DNA of 64,000 nt from a virus. A program made the translations under genes and the position numbers. The stretch is taken from positions 1-64,000 of IMG/VR virus record IMGVR_UViG_3300025668_000798; one strand, 5' to 3'. Below, one piece after another: positions 19,968 through 29,557 of this stretch (the stretch's first letter is position 1; each line of letters opens with the position of its first letter). Below the pieces are notes generated by a model, which was not told where the DNA came from, searched no databases, and saw only the letters and a program-made list of their open reading frames with translations.

Positions 19968-21577
19968 TCATATTTAATGATTGTAACGGACCATTAGGAT
20001 TTGGAAGATACGCAGGACCATATAGATTAGCAACAGACTTGAGAGACAACGGGTTTACTGTTCAAGTTGTTGAATTTTATGGTGACATGGAAGTTGAAGA
20101 AGTCGAACAGGTAATAGAATCATGTGTTACAGACGAAACTCTTTGGGTAGGGTTTGCAACAACGTTGTACGGTAAGCATCTTTCTTTCAAAGAACAACTA
20201 AAAGTATGGCTTACTCCTCCTATGGGCGCACTTTCGCAACTAGGTGAAATTTGGCATACGCTCTGGCCTCATACAGAAGAACAGACGCAAGGGTTTTTTA
20301 AAAAAATTAAAGAAACAAATCCCAAAACTAAAATTGTTGTTGGCGGCTATAAAGCATTATTAGAAAGTACTGAGAATGTAGACTATTGGATATTAGGACA
20401 AGGTGATGCATCTTCCGTTGCATTATCAAAGCACTTAAAATTTGGCGACAAACTTAAAGTTATCGAAATGGAAAACAGCAACGTAATTACAGATAAGATG
20501 TATGACTTTGCAGGATTTAATGATAGTAAAATTGTATGGCACGAATCAGATCATATTTTTCCAAATGAAGAATTACCAATTGAAACTGCTAGGGGATGTA
20601 TTTTTAAATGTGCGTTCTGTGCTTTTAATCTAAATGGAAAGAAGTTTGGAGATTATACTAAAAACGGTGATACATTAAGAGACGAACTTATGTATAACTA
20701 TGAACATTTCGGCACGACCGGTTATATGGTTAGTGACGATACAATGAACGACAGTTTAACAAAAATAAAATATTTGCACGAAGTAATTACCAGTTTACCT
20801 TTCAAAATTAATATTAGCGGATTCTTACGTTTAGATGTTATTGCTGCCCAGCGTGAAATGATTCCTCTTTTGCACGAAATGGGACTAGTCACTGCCAACT
20901 TTGGTATTGAAACATTTAATCAGGAAGCTGGAAAAGTTATAGGCAAGGGTGCAGATCCTCAAATGTTAAAAGAGTTTCTCTATGAATTAAAAGACGCATG
21001 GAAGGACGATGTTTACACAGGGGCCAATTTTATTATTGGATTACCAAAAGAAAGTAAAGAAAGTGTTTTAGATACAATGGAGTGGCTACATAGGCCCGAT
21101 GTACCGTTACATGTTATTGCATATAATAGATTATATATTAAACAATTTAATAGAGGGATAAACCCATTACACATAAGCGATTATGATATGTTTAAATATG
21201 GATTTAAAAAATCAGTAGACGGGTGGCAATATAACGCTACTAGTAAAATTGAAGACGACTCTCAAAAATACGACATCCAGCATAACGAAAACGACATGAA
21301 TTGGTTTGAATGGACATCTCCATATATGACAGCACAAGAAGCAGACCAACTTGTAGAACAATTCTATTATGATCCACGAAATGCACACAAGAAATTTACA
21401 CTTGCTGGATTTGTACAGTATAATAGAATTAAAAATTTAGGGTATAACAAAGAAGAAACATATAGAGCACAAACAAATGACCCTAAATTTATAGTAGATG
21501 CTATAAACCAACGCAGAGCTATGAAAGAACAATATCTACAAAAACTTCTGATAAATAAGTGTAGGAGACAAACATGA
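19955..21577 (+). CDS. Cobalamin (B12)-binding radical SAM protein (class B methylase-like)
   Basis: N-terminal B12-binding-like domain (YRLATDLR..G..V, WVGFATT, KIVVGG, GQGD), ETARGCIFKCAFC, SDDT, FGIET, FIIGLP.E. Confidence 0.88.
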   Translation: MSEIIIFNDCNGPLGFGRYAGPYRLATDLRDNGFTVQVVEFYGDMEVEEVEQVIESCVTDETLWVGFATTLYGKHLSFKEQLKVWLTPPMGALSQLGEIWHTLWPHTEEQTQGFFKKIKETNPKTKIVVGGYKALLESTENVDYWILGQGDASSVALSKHLKFGDKLKVIEMENSNVITDKMYDFAGFNDSKIVWHESDHIFPNEELPIETARGCIFKCAFCAFNLNGKKFGDYTKNGDTLRDELMYNYEHFGTTGYMVSDDTMNDSLTKIKYLHEVITSLPFKINISGFLRLDVIAAQREMIPLLHEMGLVTANFGIETFNQEAGKVIGKGADPQMLKEFLYELKDAWKDDVYTGANFIIGLPKESKESVLDTMEWLHRPDVPLHVIAYNRLYIKQFNRGINPLHISDYDMFKYGFKKSVDGWQYNATSKIEDDSQKYDIQHNENDMNWFEWTSPYMTAQEADQLVEQFYYDPRNAHKKFTLAGFVQYNRIKNLGYNKEETYRAQTNDPKFIVDAINQRRAMKEQYLQKLLINKCRRQT

Positions 21578-22851
21578 GTATAATACCTGGTGACACAGTA
21601 AGATTAACAATTACAGGCAGCGATAGCTCTGTTCTAGTAGATAGCTGGAGTAGTTCAATTAGAGGTCCTGTAGTAGGCAGTGACAATTCAACATTAGTCG
21701 ATACTGCAAACAACGTACTATTAGGAAAACTTGACGGAGTATTGGCTGGGAATGTTACAGCTAGTAACGGCTCTGTTGTTTTAAATCCAGGTAGCACAGG
21801 TGCTGATGCTGTGTTTATAGGAGATGTAACTGGCGACTTAGTTGGAGAAGTATTTGGAGATGTCACAGGTAATTTACAAGGTGACGTAATCGACGATCAA
21901 GAAAATGTTATATTGGATGCTACTAATCGTACACTAACAATAGATACTGTTACTGTACAAAACATTGTTTTACAAAATGATCTCACTGTTGCTGACTTGA
22001 CTTCGGCTACAGCAACTATCGGACAATTATACGGTACTCTGTTAGGCGATGTCTCTGGTCAACATTATGGAGAAGTGTTTGGCGATGTAACAGGTGACTT
22101 GACTGGTGATGTTACAGGTAATTTAATTGGTAATGTCGAAGGTGATGTTTTTGGAAACACAACCGGTGAGCACTTTGGCAATGTTGTTGGCGATGTTTTA
22201 GGCGACACTAGTGGCACACACACTGGCAATGTTGAAGGCAATGTTGTTGGCGATTTAGAAGGCATGGTTAGAAATGAAGACCATATAGGATTATCTATTT
22301 CAGACAATGGTATAATATCTATTGGCGGCAGTCCAAACATTACCACAATATCAACTGGGCCAGAACTTGCTGATACTACATTAGTTAATAACTTTAGAGA
22401 AAAGAACGATTTTATAGTTGTTCCTCATTCAACAAATTTAGCAGGACAACGTGCGCATTTTCATAGAGTAAGCAACGGAGAAAAAGCAAGTATAGCACCT
22501 GGCGAAATATTAGACTTTAAAGCAATATTAGCTCATAACGGAACTGATTATGCACAAGCAGGAGCATGGGGTTATATTGCAGACCCAGAGTCAACAATAT
22601 CAAACACAGGCAGTATTAGAACACTATTTGGTGTAAGTGTAGCCGACGGAACAAATCCACCGGATATAATAGGACCAAAAAGATTAAGTGTAAATCATCA
22701 AGGTACAGTTGGCGGATATGCATTTAAAGCACACCCCATTAACAGTACACAACGTAATGATTTAGACGCCGAAGCAGGTATGATTATTTTCAACAATAGT
22801 ACAAATAAATTCCAAGGATATAATGGCAGTATGTGGGTTGACATAAGCTAA
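21574..22851 (+). CDS. Virion fibre-like protein with G-[DNE]-[VL]-x repeats
   Basis: Many GDVTG/GNVEG/GEVFG repeats; C-terminal GMIIFNNSTNKFQGYNGSMW module typical of phage fibres; own TAAATA (21552-21557) and AGGAG SD. Confidence 0.6.
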   Translation: MSIIPGDTVRLTITGSDSSVLVDSWSSSIRGPVVGSDNSTLVDTANNVLLGKLDGVLAGNVTASNGSVVLNPGSTGADAVFIGDVTGDLVGEVFGDVTGNLQGDVIDDQENVILDATNRTLTIDTVTVQNIVLQNDLTVADLTSATATIGQLYGTLLGDVSGQHYGEVFGDVTGDLTGDVTGNLIGNVEGDVFGNTTGEHFGNVVGDVLGDTSGTHTGNVEGNVVGDLEGMVRNEDHIGLSISDNGIISIGGSPNITTISTGPELADTTLVNNFREKNDFIVVPHSTNLAGQRAHFHRVSNGEKASIAPGEILDFKAILAHNGTDYAQAGAWGYIADPESTISNTGSIRTLFGVSVADGTNPPDIIGPKRLSVNHQGTVGGYAFKAHPINSTQRNDLDAEAGMIIFNNSTNKFQGYNGSMWVDIS

Positions 22852-22866
22852 CCTTTATGCTATTAT
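22838..22866 (+). promoter_or_regulatory. sigma70-type promoter with extended -10, probably leaderless
   Basis: TTGACA (22838-22843), 17 nt ending TGC, TATTAT (22861-22866), 6 nt to ATG at 22873. Confidence 0.7.
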
Positions 22867-22872
22867 AATAGC

Positions 22873-23532
22873 ATGAGTAAATTATATTTTGGAGTGTGTC
22901 CATACGGAACAGTATGCGATGTTTTTATTAATACATTAGCAGGTTGGAGTGATGAATGGGTACAACCATGCACACCCGATATAACCAATACAGGACATCT
23001 AATACACAACAATCATGAACAATATGTTTTAGATTTAACCAACAATAATCCAATGCAATTTAGAAATATCGATTGGACAGATCGCCTGTCTGATATTGAA
23101 GCAGTTCTTAGTAATGCCGGAGATAAAAAAGTATGGATTGGTAATTTTTCAAGCAAACAAGCAAGACTAATTAAAAAACATTTTGGCAGTGATGCGACTA
23201 CTGTAGGAATTACATATACTCCTAACACACGTGATCTAGTATTAGAAAATGTAATTACATATTATTCTGGGTTATCTACTGAAACAGATAAAGAAAAATA
23301 CAATGTAGGATACAATGTAAGATATCAGATGAATAAAGACAAATGGGAAAAAATGGTTCCATACTCTTTTCAACTAGATACTGATTTTTCAATCGATCTT
23401 ATAGATTTTCTAAAGCCAGATAATTACATTGATGCAGTTGAACAGATCGACGGGCTGCGAAATGAAAAACAATTAGAATATTATTTTACATGGTTGTTTA
23501 GAACCAAGGAGAGATTAAATGAAAATAAGTAA
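22873..23532 (+). CDS. Hypothetical protein
   Basis: 219-aa ORF with its own promoter, overlapping the next gene. Confidence 0.65.
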   Translation: MSKLYFGVCPYGTVCDVFINTLAGWSDEWVQPCTPDITNTGHLIHNNHEQYVLDLTNNNPMQFRNIDWTDRLSDIEAVLSNAGDKKVWIGNFSSKQARLIKKHFGSDATTVGITYTPNTRDLVLENVITYYSGLSTETDKEKYNVGYNVRYQMNKDKWEKMVPYSFQLDTDFSIDLIDFLKPDNYIDAVEQIDGLRNEKQLEYYFTWLFRTKERLNENK

Positions 23533-24607
23533 AATACCCGGATGTGGAAGTTTTGGCGTTTTTATCGATGATGTCAACTTTAATAATATGACTGACGAAC
23601 AATGGACAGATATTGGTAAGATACATCTTAAAGAAATGGTTACAATAATACGTGGAGCAAAATTAGATAAAGACACGTATTATAAATGGATGAGAAAATG
23701 GGGTAAAGACCGCATGACATTTTGGGGATTGCTTTTCCAAAAGTATCCTTGGTGGAACGGTAAACTAGACAGCATTATGACACACCCAGATGTTAGCGAA
23801 GACGATAAAAATAGTATTTGGGGATTTTTCCGTGTAAGAGAAGGTGTTGGTCAAGAACAAGGCAATATTATCCGTGTTAGTGGCAAGAAAGACGAATACG
23901 GAAATCCATTAGGAATGTTTGCAGAAGGCGAGCTACTATGGCATAGTAATGAAAGTGGTAATATAGCATTTGCCCCTGGTGTAGCACTGCTCGGAATGGA
24001 AGGCACAACTAAAAGTGCTACCGGATTCTTGACAACAGTTGATTACTACCAAGATGTAAGCGAAAGTTTTCGCAGCGAATTAGACGAAATGATATTACTG
24101 CATAACTTTACGCCAGGAAAAATTAATCCAGGTTTAAATAGTAATCAAGATAATTTAATGTATAAAAATATGGCACCTGATCCTAATGCAGAGATTCCTA
24201 TGGTAATACGCAGCCCGGGCGGACATAAAGGTTTGCATTATAGTTTCAATACAGTTACAGGCATCAAAGGCATGTCTGACGCAGAAGCTCTCAAAGTACT
24301 AGAAAAAATTAAATCAGAACTAGAAGTTGACAAATACATTTACGATCACTGGTACCAAGAAGATGGCGATTTGTGTTTGTTTGATAATAGTATTACACAA
24401 CACAGACGTTTAGGTAGCACTGATAATAGACTATGCTTAAGATATCAATACGATTATACAAATTTGCAAGACGAACCGTGGATGCCCTATTTGCAACAAC
24501 CTTATATTAATAGCTATATTGATCGTATTAGCTTTGTAGTAAATGCAATGCAAAACAAAGAATTTAAATTACCAAAAAAGGAAACTTATGAAGCACTGGC
24601 ATCTTGA
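23519..24607 (+). CDS. TauD/TfdA-family Fe(II)/2OG dioxygenase
   Basis: FGVFIDDV, IIRG, LWHSNE, YDHW.QEDGDLCLFDNSITQHRR, R.CLR. Confidence 0.82.
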   Translation: MKISKIPGCGSFGVFIDDVNFNNMTDEQWTDIGKIHLKEMVTIIRGAKLDKDTYYKWMRKWGKDRMTFWGLLFQKYPWWNGKLDSIMTHPDVSEDDKNSIWGFFRVREGVGQEQGNIIRVSGKKDEYGNPLGMFAEGELLWHSNESGNIAFAPGVALLGMEGTTKSATGFLTTVDYYQDVSESFRSELDEMILLHNFTPGKINPGLNSNQDNLMYKNMAPDPNAEIPMVIRSPGGHKGLHYSFNTVTGIKGMSDAEALKVLEKIKSELEVDKYIYDHWYQEDGDLCLFDNSITQHRRLGSTDNRLCLRYQYDYTNLQDEPWMPYLQQPYINSYIDRISFVVNAMQNKEFKLPKKETYEALAS

Positions 24608-25199
24608 AACATATGACGGAACACAAGATTTAACAGAATTTTTTATTGAAGCAGAACGTAGACGCTTTTACAACAACAGCAATGCAGATATGTTGCTAAA
24701 GTCTCTTGAAAACGAAATAGATGCAAATTTATTTTTGTTGTATAATGCCGAAAGAATTATTGGTTGTGTAGTTAGTCATAAATTACAAGGACTTGAAATT
24801 TTAGGAAGTCCTGCTTATAGGATTGGTGCTAGAATTTGTGTACTAAGTCATTTGGTACAAGGACACCGTTTACACAATACTATGAGAAATTTAAGAAATG
24901 CACCACGTCCGCACGATCATCCTAGCGCACAATTTCTTATACCAGCGTGTATAGAACATTGCGGCAGAGATGCTAATATGTATATAAGCACACACCCTAG
25001 TCCTATTGCAAAACAAAGAGCAGTTCATACACGCTGGGCTCCAGAATGGCGTAAACAGGGCTTTTTAGAAGATCCTATTGAATTAGAGTACAGAGGTACA
25101 ATACAAAGTTTTTGGAAATTTAAAGTAGATAATTATTACAAAGAAATGCAAGACGAACGTTGGCCTGAGGCTGAAGAAATACTACCGGTTCTTACTTAA
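24588..25199 (+). CDS. GNAT-like (acyltransferase-fold) protein
   Basis: LFLLY..ERIIGCVVSH...YRIGARICVL topology; start at ATG 24588 after AAGGA. Confidence 0.4.
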   Translation: MKHWHLETYDGTQDLTEFFIEAERRRFYNNSNADMLLKSLENEIDANLFLLYNAERIIGCVVSHKLQGLEILGSPAYRIGARICVLSHLVQGHRLHNTMRNLRNAPRPHDHPSAQFLIPACIEHCGRDANMYISTHPSPIAKQRAVHTRWAPEWRKQGFLEDPIELEYRGTIQSFWKFKVDNYYKEMQDERWPEAEEILPVLT

Positions 25200-25880
25200 C
25201 ATTTCATCTGCTTGCTTCTTGCGTTTTTCATACTGGTTTTCTTCAAACAAGTCTTCCCAATTATCGGGTAGTTCAAAATCAACACCAAGATAATAGTCTT
25301 CAAATTTTTGATAACTTTGATTTAATACATTTACATACTCTTGATCGGTATAACTACCGTCCCAAGGTGCGCCTAATGCTAGAGTAAATTTTGTATCTCC
25401 TGATGTGTTGTGCATCTCGTGAGGCCATTTACCGCTCATTACAAATGGCTTATCTATTGCAGTTGGCGTTACACTGGTATCTTTTCCTATAAAGTCCAAG
25501 TCATCTACATTACCTTGCATAACATATCTAAACTTGTGCTGCGATGTGTTAAACATTTCAGGACTACAATCAATATGTAATGGATTCTTATAATCATTAG
25601 GTGTAGTAATAATCATTATTCTACTACGTTGTTTTGTAATTTTGAATAGTACGTCTTCGCACCATTGTTTTAGTTTAGGCATTTCAAATGCCCAAGGCAT
25701 CCATTGAAATTTATCTTTATCCGTTGGATTATACATAACTGGCACATGCCAACAATTTCTATATTCGTCTTGATATATTTTGCTAAAATCTAAACTGTTT
25801 AAATAATCCATATGATCTAATGGAGGATTTTCAATATCTAGAGGCAAGTATAGTAAGTCGTCAAATAATTGTTTATCCAT
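25182..25880 (-). CDS. Putative Fe(II)/2OG dioxygenase (AspH-like)
   Basis: RIMIITTP...PLHIDC (HxD)...WPHEMHN..K; start at ATG 25880. Confidence 0.65.
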   Translation of the reverse strand: MDKQLFDDLLYLPLDIENPPLDHMDYLNSLDFSKIYQDEYRNCWHVPVMYNPTDKDKFQWMPWAFEMPKLKQWCEDVLFKITKQRSRIMIITTPNDYKNPLHIDCSPEMFNTSQHKFRYVMQGNVDDLDFIGKDTSVTPTAIDKPFVMSGKWPHEMHNTSGDTKFTLALGAPWDGSYTDQEYVNVLNQSYQKFEDYYLGVDFELPDNWEDLFEENQYEKRKKQADEMLSKNR

Positions 25881-27246
25881 TTGTATCTTTACACAAATCA
25901 AAAAAGTCACTCATTTCAGGAAATGCTTCTTTGAAGTTTGTATTCCTTCTTTTATCATGTTCGTTAAAGAAACGCCAGAAGTCAATTCGTCCTTGCATAA
26001 CCTTGGCTGGATCATAGTTAGTACTATCCATATAATCTACTACCCGTCTAAAGCGTTCATATTCCATTGTAGTAAATGCATCTTTACGTTCGTCATCTAA
26101 GTTGTCTTTAATAAACTGTAAATGACTGTGCATATACTCCATGTATTCTTGTGGTAAAATATTTATATCGTACTGCAACGGCTCTTTCAAATAAGGTGTA
26201 TCAAAACTCAGTCTATTCCATCTGTATGTTTCAACATCGTTGTATTTACGGCGCCATTCGAGTATTTTTTCAAGTAGTGTTTGAAATGTTGTTACACTGA
26301 AAATATTAAACGTAATCATAATAGTCACAGGAGCATCAGTATTACGCATAAAATAATCTAGATTACGCTCAAATACATTAATGTCTAATCCATTACGTAT
26401 ATACTCAGCACGTTCTCCCCAAGTGTCAATACTTGTAAACAATTTAAATCTGCGTATCTTATTTTGACTAAGCAAACTATTTACTGCATCAGTAAACTTT
26501 TCCAGCTGCTTCGGCTTGCCTCCTAAGTTACTATTTACATTGAGCTCAAGGTTTGGCTTAGGATCGTTTTCTAATAAATCAAATAGTTTGTATGTGCTTT
26601 TTTGTATTGTTGGTTCGCCGCCTGTTATCCTTAAAATAGTTAATTCATTACTTAAATCTGGCCACCATTTCCAAAATGCATCTAAATAAGGATTGTTATC
26701 TTCTTCATATATTTTAAACCAATCAATATCACAACGATGATTTTTAACCATATTGTATGGACCATGTTGTTTAATTTCGTTGTAGTATCTACTGCTGGCT
26801 TTTGGATGGCAATAACCGCACTTGAAGTTACATTCGTTACCAAAGGATACTTCTAAATATTCTGGGTTAACATTAAACTCTGCGCCGCCTTGTTTAACAG
26901 CATTTAATCTTTTTTCGTTATAGATACTACTGCTACGAGTTTTACGATCACTAATATAATCTTCGCCCATATTTTCAATATTCCAGCAATATTGACACCC
27001 GCTTGGTTTTTCTCCACGCAGCATAGAATTACGTTCTTCAATTTTTTGTGCTGTATTATGAATTGCACTAGGATTTGTTAAAATAGCTTGTGTATCTATT
27101 TTATGAGGAGCAGGATGATAACAACTATGTGTCTCACCTGTTTGGAAATATATGTTTGCATGATACCATTTAGCAAAACAAAATGTAGGAGATATTTGTT
27201 CGTCTGTATATTTTGTTATACGGACTGCTTCATCTCTTTCGCTCAT
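25873..27246 (-). CDS. N-terminal twitch-domain radical SAM protein
   Basis: FCFAKW...HSCYH...CQYCW..E...SDR, then CNFKCGYC, GGEPT, and HDKRR.TNF..AFP. Confidence 0.9.
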   Translation of the reverse strand: MSERDEAVRITKYTDEQISPTFCFAKWYHANIYFQTGETHSCYHPAPHKIDTQAILTNPSAIHNTAQKIEERNSMLRGEKPSGCQYCWNIENMGEDYISDRKTRSSSIYNEKRLNAVKQGGAEFNVNPEYLEVSFGNECNFKCGYCHPKASSRYYNEIKQHGPYNMVKNHRCDIDWFKIYEEDNNPYLDAFWKWWPDLSNELTILRITGGEPTIQKSTYKLFDLLENDPKPNLELNVNSNLGGKPKQLEKFTDAVNSLLSQNKIRRFKLFTSIDTWGERAEYIRNGLDINVFERNLDYFMRNTDAPVTIMITFNIFSVTTFQTLLEKILEWRRKYNDVETYRWNRLSFDTPYLKEPLQYDINILPQEYMEYMHSHLQFIKDNLDDERKDAFTTMEYERFRRVVDYMDSTNYDPAKVMQGRIDFWRFFNEHDKRRNTNFKEAFPEMSDFFDLCKDTNG

Positions 27247-28163
27247 TTTAGTTCCTTGTCAATAAACTTAGGATTTCTTACTGGATTTTGATAAACTGTT
27301 TTAAAAAATGTGCTTTGCCCTGCTCTAAGAGGTTCTTGGTCTATTGGTGCTTGTAGCTCGCTTATTAATTCGTCGCCCAAACGTTCAGTTTCTTGTTCAA
27401 GTGTTTCTTCGGTTACTTCTAACGATTCCCAATACTGGTTGAGCCATTCAAAGTCACGTACATTAACAAAGTCCCAATCTGTACACATTGTTTTGTATAA
27501 GCCTTCTCTAGCACCATATACTGCCCAACGTCCGTTTTCGGCATCAGCACCTACCATTAACCAAATCCATAGTCTATGTAAATTTTTCCAATGGTTACGC
27601 TTGAAATCTTCTATATCGGGTCTAATGCCTTGATCGAGTGCCATTTTAACACCTTCACGAAAACCAGCACGCCACGCTTGATGAGGTGTAGCATTGTTGT
27701 AAATATCGCTAAATGTTCCGTTCATTTGTATGTATTGTAAGTCCCAACAAAAGTCTACTTGTGCATGTGGATTGTCAGGATCAGCATTTTCATGTGTACG
27801 CATACTAAGTACTTTTTCTTTAGGCCAACATTTGATACCGCCATTGCCGTACGTCAAACCATTTATTTGATTTAACGCTGTCCAACTAATAACTTTGTCG
27901 GTTAAGTCGTAGTCACTCAAATCTGCTTCTTGACTTAAAAAAGTTTCACGTATTCTGTTATCACCGTCAATAGTAATAAATCGATCTGTGTCACTCATAT
28001 TAGCAGCAGCTTTGTGTGCTGCATCACTTCCTTCAACTCCATGCACCCGTTTAGCCCATGGAACTTTTGTTAGCAAATCAGCATAATTCTGTTCTGCATT
28101 AGGTTCATCATATGACAAGTAAATTATGTCATGGTCTACTACTCTAAAAATATTATCAGTCAT
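27243..28163 (-). CDS. Glycosyltransferase-like (GT-A fold) protein
   Basis: DIIYLSYDEP...AHKAA...ITIDGDN (DxD)...YGNGGIKCW; paralog of 18717..19748. Confidence 0.65.
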   Translation of the reverse strand: MTDNIFRVVDHDIIYLSYDEPNAEQNYADLLTKVPWAKRVHGVEGSDAAHKAAANMSDTDRFITIDGDNRIRETFLSQEADLSDYDLTDKVISWTALNQINGLTYGNGGIKCWPKEKVLSMRTHENADPDNPHAQVDFCWDLQYIQMNGTFSDIYNNATPHQAWRAGFREGVKMALDQGIRPDIEDFKRNHWKNLHRLWIWLMVGADAENGRWAVYGAREGLYKTMCTDWDFVNVRDFEWLNQYWESLEVTEETLEQETERLGDELISELQAPIDQEPLRAGQSTFFKTVYQNPVRNPKFIDKELK

Positions 28164-28716
28164 TTATTACCTCGTGTGCGTAAGATCCAAACTTTTTTAC
28201 AGTATAAACGCTAATTGGCTCTTTGTCAAACTCAAAGTTGTCTTGGAAATCAATAGTGAAAGTATCTTCTTTAAAATTTAGCATACAATACAAATAATAA
28301 GGATTATTTTTCTTTGTGACACTAAAATTAGATATCATGTGATCCAAACTAACATTTTTTTCTTCAATTGTTTTAATTAGCTGTTCACTAAGTTTAATTT
28401 GCCATTTTTTCTGTACGTTATCTTGAACAATTGTTAGATCAGGTTCGTTGTCATTTTCAATTTTGTATAAAAAACTATCACTCGACCGTGCTTCAGTCCA
28501 GTAAGTACTATGTTTTAATACATAGTCTTTTGCAACTAAATCATATTCTACAGTATATTCATTTGAAGGAATTATTCCTTTTAATAAGTCTTGTACTTCA
28601 AATGAATCTACAGTAATGTATTGATCACTACTAGGTGTATTTTTAATTGATAATATACGCCCATTATCGGCAAACTCAATATATTTTTTCGTATTGCTTC
28701 TAACTACTATTGGCAT
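28156..28716 (-). CDS. Hypothetical protein
   Basis: 186-aa ORF within the operon. Confidence 0.65.
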   Translation of the reverse strand: MPIVVRSNTKKYIEFADNGRILSIKNTPSSDQYITVDSFEVQDLLKGIIPSNEYTVEYDLVAKDYVLKHSTYWTEARSSDSFLYKIENDNEPDLTIVQDNVQKKWQIKLSEQLIKTIEEKNVSLDHMISNFSVTKKNNPYYLYCMLNFKEDTFTIDFQDNFEFDKEPISVYTVKKFGSYAHEVIND

Positions 28717-28717
28717 C

Positions 28718-29557
28718 TTATATTCCTAAATATTTTTCATATGTGCTAATTATATTATTGTTAGCAAAATCTTTTTCTGTATAATGAAACACGCCGCTTT
28801 GTTTGTAATTTCCTACATATAGATCTAAATTATCATCAAGATAACTACTTACTCTAGTTTGCCATTTTTGTTCATCATATTTTTCCCAATGTTGTAATTT
28901 TGATTTCATGTGTACAAATGTAGGAAATTCTGTCTTACTTGTAATACTATGCTCGCAATTTAATATTTTTGCTGCTATTGCTGCACTTAGATCCATGCTA
29001 CATGTTTTCTGATATGTTTTGCCACCAGCATGATTTTTATAAAACAATTGCCAGTTATTTGTAATCATCTCTAGCCAAGTATAAAATTCTTTTGCTAATG
29101 GACGTTCCTTAAAATAATGTATACCACTATATAAATTTGGTAAATTAAATTGTGTAAATGCTTTCCTATAATAATCACTAGTTACAGTTTCTCCTCTATA
29201 CGTTAACACGTTGCTGGTATAATATAAATCATAATTGTTTAAAAAGGCAAACCATTTACTTAAATCTTGCAATACCAACATATCTGTATCCATTACTAAT
29301 GTGTCAGCATAAGGAGTAGCATGATAAATTTTCCAACGATTACTAATTTTCCAGTCTTCGTCCTTGGCATGATCTTTCCAAGGTATTTCTACAATATGAT
29401 CAAATAACTGTTTATATTTTTCTGGTACAGCATCATTGGTAATTAAAGAAACATTACTGTCTGGATTTGTAGCATGTATACTCATTGCACACAAACATGC
29501 TTGTTTTACATAGTCATCGTTGCTGTTTTGAGCAAGCAAAGTAAAATTTTTATCCAT
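28718..29557 (-). CDS. Glycosyltransferase (GT8-like)
   Basis: Y...A...A.SI, VSLIT, TPY..TLVMDTDMLV (DxD), FVHMK. Confidence 0.72.
   Translation of the reverse strand: MDKNFTLLAQNSNDDYVKQACLCAMSIHATNPDSNVSLITNDAVPEKYKQLFDHIVEIPWKDHAKDEDWKISNRWKIYHATPYADTLVMDTDMLVLQDLSKWFAFLNNYDLYYTSNVLTYRGETVTSDYYRKAFTQFNLPNLYSGIHYFKERPLAKEFYTWLEMITNNWQLFYKNHAGGKTYQKTCSMDLSAAIAAKILNCEHSITSKTEFPTFVHMKSKLQHWEKYDEQKWQTRVSSYLDDNLDLYVGNYKQSGVFHYTEKDFANNNIISTYEKYLGI

Noticed and set aside
21730-22270. Possible CRISPR array or DNA tandem repeat
   Set aside because: Repeats are degenerate at DNA level and periodic only as peptide repeats; no spacers
22873-23532. Sulfotransferase-like fold
   Set aside because: Only a vague N-terminal resemblance; no convincing PAPS-binding motif
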